From assembly GCF_036588685.1 (NCBI RefSeq), contig NC_086380.1, forward strand, positions 34,658,001 to 34,722,000: 64,000 nucleotides of DNA, read 5' to 3'. Shown here piece after piece: positions 26,901-38,900 of this stretch. Source of the DNA: Mytilus trossulus (taxonomy: Eukaryota). Below the pieces are notes generated by a model. It was not told the origin of the DNA and did not search any database. It was given only the letters and a program-made list of their open reading frames with translations. The number at the start of each line of letters is the position of its first letter. The stretch's first letter is position 1. The position numbers and the translations under genes are program-made.

Positions 26901-29900
26901 ATTATGAAGTGCAATTAGTATAACATTTAAATAACTCATGATATTTGGTATCACATACTTATCAATAGAAAATCACAAAACTATGCGGTTTGAAACGCAT
27001 TATTAATAAACATATTTACCAAATGATTGTATCATAGAAGTACTTATTTTCAGTGAAAGTAGATAACTCATTTAAAAGGGAAATGAGACCGATTAAGTCT
27101 TTTTGTAGTTGAACAAGAGTGCTAGTATATAGTTTTTAAGGGTTGAAAGTTTTTTTTTTTAAAAAGACACCAACTTGTTGCTTTTCGATGTGGAATGATA
27201 ACTCTCAGACTTTGATGTTCAGCATAACAATATATTCAAGACGATCTGGATGTGTCGACCTTTTTCGACATCTTTAATCAAATACCCAATGTAAAAAAGA
27301 TCCCCACAAAAATAAAATCTCCATCAATGCGACATCAGCATGATAAAACAAAAAACAAAAGGCACTTTTGAATTTAGACTACATACACGCTTTATAAATT
27401 ATTTATTGTACTAGTATTCAGTGTACAAACATTTATAGACCTGAGTGGACAGCTTCTAAAGTATTTTTTTACTTCTTTTTGTAACCAACAGATGAGAGAG
27501 CTGGATCACAATAATATTGTAAAGACAGTTGGTTTTGTAATAGACCCACCAGAGCTGTTATATGTGTTCGAGTTTTGTTCAAAAGGGAGTCTCATGGTTT
27601 GTAATTTATGAATATTATTTAACGTTTTAAGTTGTTTGCTGTCTTGAATAACTTTATATATGTATTTGGTTTTGTAACCAGAAATTGATGTCAAAATACG
27701 TGGCTTCTTCTAAATGGGTATTTCAGCACAAGAAATGCAAATTACCAATTTTTGAAAGCTCAACATCAACGGCATTGAATTGATTTCTTGCATATTTGTT
27801 TTTGTAGGAAATATTCGGCTTTCCTCAACAATCTTTGGTCAATAAATACATGAAATATGCAGCTAGTAATTTTGTCGAACAAAACAAAGACTTTATAGCG
27901 TGTATAGGTGACGGCTCCTTTATTCTATATGTCTTTTTACGATTTTGCGTTACATATATGACGTGGCTCTGTACTTATACATCCCGTCATTACGTTATTA
28001 TACTATGGTAAATTTGTGTATTCGTGTCTTTAATTTTGCTAATATGATTGATCTGCATGCCATTTGTTTTGCGTCTTTAATACATATTTGTATGTTTTTA
28101 GTGAGCAGGATTATATCACAATGTTGACTGCTGTATTATTGACATTTTTAACCACTGTCTTTTTGTTTTGTTCGCGCAACGTTGTCAATATAATGAAATT
28201 TGATGCGACTGTTATTCAAGCGAGAGGTTTGGCTAACCATAAAACCAGGAACAATCTACCATTTTCTACTTATGAAAATGCCTGCAACAGGTCAGGAATA
28301 TGGCATTTGTTATCCCTCGTTTGATGAGCCATTTGATTGGAGACTCTTCGTTTTGAATTTTCCTCGGAGATCAGTATTTTTGTGATTTTACATTTTGATA
28401 TATAATTTGAAATTTAAATATTGGCCTCAGTAATAGTTTGTACAAGATTTTTTCCATTGTGGTTTAAATCATAAACATACAGGAGAATTGACATTACTAT
28501 AGCAAAAAAAAGGAATATACCATTGTTTGTTAGATGTAAACGCCATTGTTTACAGTTATTTTCTTGAATTAAAAAGATCGTGTTTGTAGTAACTTAATTA
28601 CAAAATTTCAAGAAATATTTTGTATGCTGGTTGTAACATGAAACGCTGTTTAACATCATAAAATAATTCAAACTATCATGATGTCTGCGGATAAATGACT
28701 TTCGACATTAATGTTTATATACTGTGGATTCATAACTATTCGTTGTATACCAATTTTCGTGGATTTCGTGAGACGATTTGAACCACGAAATTAAATGTTC
28801 AACGAATAACACATTTATATAGGGTAATATATAGATTTCGCTTAAACCACGAAATAAATATTCACGAACATTGAATCATAGAAAATTGGTACCCACGAAA
28901 ATAAATGAATCCACAGTATCCTTCATTGTAGTTAGTTGTCAATGCAAAAATATGAACCCTTGCGGTCCTTAGAAGCGTCATAATTATACAGGTTATTGAA
29001 ATAAACTATAACAATTTGACATTTCAGGATATTCTTGAGAACGAGGACATAAATTTGGATTGGGATTTCAAGTACTGTCTTATGTGGGATATATTAGAGG
29101 TAAATCTTTCTTGAATGTGCAAAATAACTTTAGAAATGTGATCTCTTTTAATGTTCATTTTTATTTGTATCTATTAACATGAAAACGAGTTAAAATCGGG
29201 AAAGTGACTTACCAAAACAATATAAATGTTGTGAGCCTATTCTCACTTCTCCGGTGGTTGTATATGTGGTTATCGTTGTTTATTTATATGATGAATAACC
29301 CAGGTGCATATTAAAAGTTTGTGTAGACCTGTTAATTTATACCTAACAAGCATAAGATATACCCTCTTGTCTAGTGTTGATATCATGACATTAAGATGAT
29401 TCAAAAGATTTTTTATTTTGTTTTTGGTTTCTGTCTGATAAACTTATACCTTAAATTGTTATTTTAAAATGTAAAGTACTTTAACCGGTGGGAAAGTATT
29501 TTGATTAATGCATCAAGAATATAATCGTTCTGGTATTGTTCCTTATTTTGTGTTTCAATGTTATGTATATAATCATGTTTTGAACCACTCTGTGAATGAA
29601 GTTATTTCAATTAGTCACATATTTTACAGGGGTTGGACTACTTATCTAGAAGTAGTTTACGCTATCATGGAAATCTTAAAAGTTCAAATTGTTTAGTAGA
29701 CGGTCGGTTTGTTCTAAAACTAGGTGATTATGGACCCCGAGAATGGCTGAAATACAAGGACAAATCAGATAGAGGTAAACATTAATAATTTAGTACAGTA
29801 CATCATAATCAAAATAGACCGACTGAAAGGCAACAATTATACAAGTAACCATTTTGAACTTATTTCGTTAATTTCCCAGAAGAGTAGTATATCTATTGTG

Positions 29901-32900
29901 GAACCGATCAAGAACAAACGTTTAAATATGTATAGATCTAACTATGTATACATTGATGCTTTGAATAATACTGTTAATCATAAACATTTCTCGAAATAAC
30001 AAAAATACTTAAACATGACATAATTGATGTTGATGAGAAGAGACTAGAGATATCAAACAAAAATGTCGAAATTAAACTGACAAAACCATTACTATAGAAA
30101 TGAAAATGATCAACACACACACAACAGTTTACAAAACACAACAAACAAAACTAAGAACTGAGCATCACAAATCACACACAGACAGGCGAGGGGATCTCAG
30201 CTGCTCAGAATTTTGTAACTTTTGTAGAAATACATTATTTTAGCTTGTTTCGCATTTAAAACTCTGAAGCACTAGTGCTCGACATTACTGACCTTCCAGA
30301 TTTGATATACATAACCTAAGATTAATAATTAATGAATATCATCTATTATTCTGAATAAATTAAAATTTCATTAACGCCAAAACTGCATTTACTTGCACTA
30401 CAGCAAAGTAAAATGTAAAGGGTCTTACATTGTGAAAATTCAGCAAAGATATCAGACTTATAATAACTTAAATAATACAATCATTGTTTGCGTGGCTATG
30501 TGTAAAAATCTTAAGCTAGTACTACCATGTCACTATATTCTTACTGTACAAAATATTCACTCATAGAGATATTAGTAAAACATCATTTTCAAGGTAATTA
30601 AAATTTAGAATGGAAATTGGGAATGTGTCAAAGAGACAACGTCAACCCGACCATAGAGCATTATCATATTACCATATTACAAATAGCTTCAAACATAGAA
30701 TGATGGTTACAAGATACATCACATTTTTATTAATAATTGAACGAATTTATTGCGGTCGGTATTTAAGACTTATGCATGTTCTTATGAAATTATACATTCC
30801 TGTTCATCTCTGTTCCTAAAGACGAATACAGCAATTATAATCTAACATAAAGTACACAAATCCTATTTATTTTAGACAGACTATGGTCAGCGCCAGAGAT
30901 AATAAAAGGGTTTCATCTTTTAACTCAAGCGGCGAATCAAGCTGCAGATATTTATTCTGTTGGAATTATATTACACGAGATTTTACATCGTAGCGGACCA
31001 TTTGGAGTGGAATGTTTGGACATGTCAACATATGGTAATATTATGTTGGTTTAAAAGTAAAATCACAAAATACTGATCTCTGAGGAAATTTCAGAACGGA
31101 AAATTCCTTATCAATTGGCAAAAACAAAAGCTCAAACAAATCAAACAAACCTTAATATTCTTGACTTGGATTTGTAGAAAATGGTGGATTAAACCTGCTT
31201 TATAGCTATCTCTATCTAAAACTTTCACTTTAATGACAGTTGCATTTAGTTCCATTATATTGACAACGTTGTGTGATCAAATCACAGATTGGATTGATAA
31301 CTGATTTGATAATTTACTGAATTAAATTGGTTTTTAAACCGATGATGAAAATTCATATTCATGAAAAATATTACGTTGGGCAAATGATTTCAGGGGTTGT
31401 TTGACATTAATGAATTTTGGGGGGAAATTCAAACTAATGTACCGAACTCTATAGTAACAACAAAAACAAAACAAAGTTATTTAGTAATGATATAAGAAAA
31501 GCAAAGTTTTCCTGTTTAGAATAGTTATCAAAGGTACCAGGATTATAATCTAATACGCCAGACGCGCGTTCCGTCTACATAAGACTCATCAGTGACACTC
31601 AGATCAAATAGCTATAAGTCAAAACAAGTACAAATTTGAAGGACATTAAGAACCCAAAATTCCCAAAAGTTAAAAAGTGCCAAAATCTTTAGTTTTTCGA
31701 TTACTTCAAAGTTTTGTAACAGGAAATCTATAAAAAAAAAATTAACATATAAATGATATTCGTGTAAACACTGAAGTGCTGACTACTGGGCTGGTGATAC
31801 CCTCGGGGACGAAACGTCCACCAGCAGTGGCATCGGACAGTGGTGTAAATTGTTATCAAAGGTACTAGAATTTTAATTTAATACGTCAGACGCGCGTTTC
31901 GTCTACATAGAACTTTTGCATCTTTAAACAAGAGAGTGAACTATACTTGAGGGATATTCAAACTCAATAGTTAATGGCATGGCAAAAAAACCCAATCAAT
32001 AGACAAACAACAGTACATAAAAAACAACGGAGAAAATCCTAAAATTGAGCAACACCAACCCCATCAGAAACCGGGGATGGTTTTAGGTGATCTCAAAAGG
32101 TATAGAAATAAAAGTAGCTAAAAAATCGGTTAAGAAATATTCTCTACCTTATACTAATGTCTTGAGATTACACCGTTTTATCTCACCATTACCTACAGGG
32201 GGCTTCACTTCATCTTTGTAACATGGTTATATGCCTACGTCTCAGAGTTCAAGTCATGAAAAACACGTGACTGACGTCAACTAGTTATTGACAGTACATT
32301 AGCATAAAAGAGACGTAAGTGAAACGTGCACAAGATCATATCAAAAGACACTAGATATCAAATAGTATCTAGTATGTATGTTCATCATTTTGCAGTTCTT
32401 AAAAAAATTATATGATAAATTTCTATTCATATTACTAGTATCATTTTATAATTCTGAAATCTGGTTAAGTTGTCTTGGAAACTGAGAGTTTTGGTATTCA
32501 TTTTGGATAATGACGGTTGCTGTCAACTCGTTTGATGTGTTTTCTATCATTAGAGTTTGTCATTTGATTAGGGATTTTCCGTTTTGAATTTTCCTCGGAG
32601 TTCAGTTTTTTGGTGATTTTCTTTATCAAAGTGTGTCAAGATCCAGCAAAGCTTTTATAATATGATATAATTCGGTAATGTATATTTCTTCTTTGAAGAA
32701 CAAATCAGTCATTTTGGCAGACTAAAAATTTCAAAAACATTATAATTTCCCCTGAACATAATTGAAATATTATGTTTTTGTTCATAGCGTAGCGGGTTAT
32801 TTAACAGTGTCCACCAAATTTTTTATGTTATTTCGAATAGACAGAAAAAAAAATACAGTTAATTCTAAATTCCATTTTAAACCGTTCAAAACCATGAAAA

Positions 32901-35900
32901 AACGTTGATGACGTCACGGTCACATGACTAAATTATGTCTATGGACTCATAACAAAATAACGTCAGCCAATCCGAGGACGCGTTACATCCAAAATTAAAT
33001 TATAAAGATTTGACATCAAAATTGATTAAAGATTGTTATAGTAACAAAAAATACTCTCATGTTATATTATCAAGTCTGGAACATTTCAATTGCAGAAATT
33101 GTTGATAAAGTCAAGATAGATACCATTCCTCCATTCAGACCTGTATTTGACCCATCCCTCTGTCCTCAGAAACTGCAGACTATTATTGCAAGTTGTTGGG
33201 TATCAAATCCTTTTGAAAGACCACTGCTGAAGGATGTATCAAAAGCAATCAATTCTATAACAGGCTCAAAGTAAGTACACACAAAATTATGACAACCTTT
33301 ACAAAATAAGATAAAAAAAAAATCATAATGAGTAAAGGCAAACATGTATCGCGATTTCACATTGTGTCTTCTTGTCTCGTATATATATGAGATTTCAATA
33401 TGTCAGAAAAAGTATGCATGCACTATAGAGCTATTCTATAAATATACTCTGACTTTTAGAATGGATATTCAGTTGCAGTATCATTATCCGTCTGTTCGTC
33501 TTTCGTTACAAATAACTTGTACTATTAGATATTCTTGCAACACAGGAAAATACAGTTTATTATAGAATGATCATATCACATAAATATTCTTTCATCTCCT
33601 TTTAAAATATATTTGAGGTTAAAAGCTAAAAATCTATTGGATAATTTACTCAAGCGAATGGAACTGTATGCGAATAATTTAGAAGGAATAGTAGAAGAAA
33701 GAACAACGAAATACCTCCATGAGAAACAGAGGGCAGAGAATCTCCTATATAGACTTTTACCTCAGTAAGTAGATAAATTCTTATCTCATCGTGTAGCTCA
33801 ATTGACTTTAGACTATTAAACAGTGGTATAACATAACAGCATGAAAACTAGTAGAACAAACTACTAGAACAGGACACCGATTTTGTTTTTTGTCCATGTA
33901 TTTATGTGTTTTGAACAGCGGTATACTACTGTTGCCTTTATTTATACTACTATTGTCTTTTATTGATATTAAACGTTTTATTCGGTTGACACATAGTCTG
34001 TCTTAATGATTTCAATCGTTTTATGCTGTTTGACTTTCCAAACGTTTAGTTTTTAACGACATATGCAATCATTTTTTTCTGAAGACAGTTGTTATTGATT
34101 TGAAACAGTAACATTTCATTGCAATGTAGTTTATAAAATAAAATAGTAAAGCAAAAAAACGAAATCTACAGCAAACTCAAAAGGATGAAGTCATTAAAAA
34201 CTGATAAAATAAAACGCTATCAATCGACGAATCAAGTAAAAAACAACTGTAATATTACTGACTTGACACAGCAAAATAGTTTGATAAACCTAATTTGTAA
34301 AGTTAGCTTAATCTTCTTCTTGTATGGTAGTTGTTTACTTAAACTTGTAAATTAAACAAACATGTCACGCCGAATACATCGGTTTTGTTGATAACTGGTT
34401 TCTTTTCGTTTTTGTTTGAAAACCGTATTTCGAACAGCGGTATACTACTGTTGCCTTTATTTATACGAAACAACATGAAATTTGAGAACAATACTGGAAA
34501 TTATAACTACAAAATAAATATTGAGATATTGAAGGATTGTTTTTTGTCTATGATAGATCAATAGCACACCAGATCCAAGTACAGGGTACAGCTGATCCAG
34601 AATCGTTTAACAATGTGACAATCTTATTCACAGATATCGTACAGTTTACAACTTTGTCGGCAGAATCGTCACCAATGCAGGTATGTGAAATATTTTATCG
34701 CGAATGCAGTTATGTGAAATATATTATCGCCAATGCAGGTATGAGAAATACATCATCGCCAATATAGGTATGAGAAATATATAATCGCCAATGTAGGTAC
34801 GAACTATATTATCGCCAATGCAGGTATGTGAAATGTATTATCGCCAATGCAGGTATGAGAAATACATCATCGCCAATATAGGTATGTGACTTATGTGAAT
34901 TATATAATCACCAATGCAGGTATGTGAAATATGTTCTCGTCAATGCAGTTATCTAAAATATGTGATCTCCAATGCAAGTATATGAAATAGATTATCGCTA
35001 ATGCAAGTATGTGAAGTATATTATCGCCAATGTTGGTATGTGAAATATATTATCGCCAAAATCGGTACGTAATCTATATTATCAACAATGCAGCTACTAG
35101 TATGTAAAACTGGTCTTTCGCCTATTCGGGTATGTGAAATAGGTTATCGTTAATTGAGGTATGTGAAATAAATCATCGCCAATATAGGTATATGATTTAT
35201 ATTATCGTCAATACAAGTATGTTAAATATGTTATCGTCAATGCAGGTATGTAAAATATATTATCGTTAAAACAGGTAAGTGAACTATATAATCAGCAATG
35301 CAGCTATGTAAAATGTGTTATCGCCTATGCGGGTATGTGAAATATATTATCGCCATTCTATATAATATTTCCCACAGAACGTTACCAAAAGTTAGCGTGC
35401 AATAAATTCTAATATTGCACTAGTGCAATAAATCTTCAAAATTCATGACGTCATCAAGATTAAAATCTTAGTTTAAACCAATTTTTACTTTCAAATATTA
35501 TATTGCTATACAATAAAAGGGTTATTGCAAGTTCGTGCAATATAAAATTCTACTCGGGACAATATTCCCCAATATTCATGCAATAACCCTATATTATCGT
35601 CAAAACAGGTATGCGCAAAACTTTATCATTGCCAATACAGGTATAAGAAATCAATTATCGCCAATACAGGTATTATAAATGAATTATCGTCAATACAAGT
35701 ATGTAAAATATATAATATTGTCAAAGCTTTATGTGAAATATTTTATCGAAAATGCAGGTATGTGAAATATATATTATCGCCATAGCAAGTTAATTGATAT
35801 ATTATTGTCAATACAGATATGTGAAATATATTATCGACAATGCAGGTATGTGAAATATTTTATCGCCAATGCAGGTATGTAAAATATGTTATCGGTAATG

Positions 35901-38900
35901 CAGGTACGTGAAATATACTATCGACAATGCAGGTGCGTGTAATATATTATCGACCATGCAGGTATGTAAAATATAATATCGACAATGCAGGTACGTGAAA
36001 TATGTTATCGACAGTGTAGGTATGTAAGATGTTCTATCGCCAAGCGGGTATGTTTGTTTGAAATAAAAACGAAATGGTCTCATCAATTTTCTAGCCAAAT
36101 TGAATCAGATGTTACTGAATTGGTTGTTTACTTTCATGAATACCTCTTTCAGAAATATGTTTTGTTTTTGTATGAGCGTCAAGTAAGCAACTCAGGAACC
36201 TATGCGTCTCTGTCGGGGATTGTAATTTATGAAGATTTTAGACTTATAATCTAGATGTTCATGTCGATATTAATTCGATTCTTTTGATCTATAGTATGAG
36301 CCTTTTAATTGTTACAATATTGTCGTAAAAGATGTTTTGTTTACTTTTTTTCGCTTTGGCAAAACGCCGCTTAGTAAATCTACGCGACGTGTAATGTGTG
36401 CATGACGTCAACAATCGAAAGTTTGTGATAAGGTGATACATGCAATATATATCCCCGTCTTGTCAGTCATTATTACACGTTTACTGTTTTCAATGTTCCA
36501 AAAAGTAACTAGTGATTTTGTACCATAACTATTTTGCACCATTTCAATTTCGTACCAAAAGGTACTATTTTGTACGAAAAGTTACTATTTTGAACCAAAA
36601 GTTACTATTTTGAACCAAAAGTTACCATTTTGTACGAAAAATTACAATTTCGTACCAAGAATTTGCCATTTCGTACCATGACTGTTAACCATTTTGTACC
36701 ATAAGAAAGAATTTTGCACCATTTAGGCAAAATTACTATGATTTAAAAAAAATAGAACACTTACCAATAGCTTTTAAGACTCAACATCTGCTTCACATAA
36801 TTCATAATAGCAGACCAAAATTATCATAGTAATTTTGTTGTTTCTATTTTTGAGTGATTCTTTCACTTTTCCATCAATGCTCATTAATTGCATCCACAAG
36901 ACATGGAAATAATATATATAGTATGATGGGTGGTATGCAAACACTTATAGGGCAAGGCGAAATTTTGTTTGAGAGTTCCATATTTGACTTATGAGTTAGA
37001 TTGTGATAAGACTATTGCAAGATACTGGTTAATTCTAACATTTTTAACTAACAAGGAAAATTACGTCGATAAAAAAGGACACAAAGATGAAGGAGAGACA
37101 AGACTGTGATCTAAATTACGACTTCGACATATATATATAGTCCCGTTTATTTATTCGATTTTTTTTGGCTGTGTCTTTATTCTCTAGTTCTTGTCCTTCA
37201 TTCTTAATTTCTCACCGTATCCATGTTCAAAATATTTAGAAATAATTTTGTTTATCTATTGCAGATAATTGACATGCTGAATACCCTATACTCAGGCTTT
37301 GATGAAATAATCAACGAATATGATGTTTATAAGGTAATTTAAAAAAAATGACTGAGACTTAGAAAATTATTTCTCAATTTCAAAGTTTATAGGTTTTAAT
37401 GTAGATGAAACGAGCGTTAGACAAACTAAATTATTACTCTGGTAGCTTTGATGATTTTTTAATGTTTTATCAATATGATTATCTTTGTTCTATTTTGAAA
37501 ATTTCAATCAAATTTTACCAAAATTCATTATATAAAAAAAATATAAAGTCATAACAACCAGTTCAAATAAAGAGATTCTTTGATGAACAGACATTTGCAA
37601 TCAGACGGAAAATTTGACTTTATTATTAGAAGCAACATATCATGTTTTCAAAAGCAAAAAACAACATTATCATATTGTAGTTTTTAATAAAAAATTTATC
37701 AGGCATATTGCCGACCGACATTCTTTTGTCACATGGAATAGACTTCTTTGAAAACAAACAGAGTAAAAAAATAGAATAACAGAATTAAAAGGATGTAGCT
37801 TACGACTTGTATCCTTTCATTTCAAAAGCAGACTTTATTATTTAGAGCAGTTTTCTATTAATACATCAATGTGATATTGATAAGAATGAAACAATACTGA
37901 AAACACAAAAAAAAGATGAAATTGTCTGGCTAACGAAAGTCTTTGTCTATGATTATTGTATTTTTTTAAAACCACATTCTTATTCAATTTTGATTTTTAT
38001 CTTATCTTATTTTTTATGTTATATTTTCTTTCTTTGATTTGCTTTCACATGTTTATTCCTGATTTTAGGTTGAAACAATAGGTGATGCCTATATGTGTGT
38101 TTCTGGACTACCTCAACGAAATACTTACCACTATTTTGAAGTCTCGAAAATGATAATGTCTATAATGAGATATGTAAGCACCTATGAAATCAAACATAAA
38201 CCTGGAAGAAAGCTTCAGATGAGAGCAGGTGTACATTCAGGTAGACATTCCCTTTACTATTTACACCATCATTACATTAAAAAAAACGCTCTGATTTTGA
38301 TACGAATGTAAACGAGATCAAACTTTAATCATGAAACAAAAATGGACAGCAGGTGTTCACTCACATAGAGTTTACATTTAATTATGTTACCTGTTTTACT
38401 TTATTTTAAAAAGAGAAGCGAACGATAACAAAGGGTCATTCAAACAAGTCGGAAGATAAACATAATGCTTTGGCAAAATTGAAAAAGATGAAAAGACTAA
38501 AAACACTATACAAATTACATAATACAACTTAGAAACCTAAAGACTGAGCAACACGAATAACCCGTTCCAAAAATCGAACGAGTACTGTCAATTTTTTTTT
38601 TACTTTTTTGGATTCGAACGTCACTGATGAGTCTTTTGGAGTCTTTTGTAGACGAAACGCACGTCTGGCGTATATACAAAACTAGTCCTGATATCTATGA
38701 TGAGTTTATTTATTCAGTTTTTAACTTTGTAAACATGAAGGATAGACATGATTTTCATCTAAACAAGGATTACAACATATGCGATAAGTTTCTTTTCTCT
38801 TTTCGTATTATGTTTTACTTTGTCGAACGATAACAAAGGGTCATTTAAGCAAGTCGGAAGATAGACATATTGCTTTGGCAAAATTGAAAAAGATGAATAG

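Noticed and set aside
34664-36053. 29-bp periodic array as a CRISPR array
   Set aside because: The units are head-to-tail with no unique spacers, they lie in a spliceosomal intron, and there are no cas genes.
35889-36254. ORFs 35889-36098 (minus) and 35985-36254 (plus)
   Set aside because: They are by-products of translating the minisatellite.
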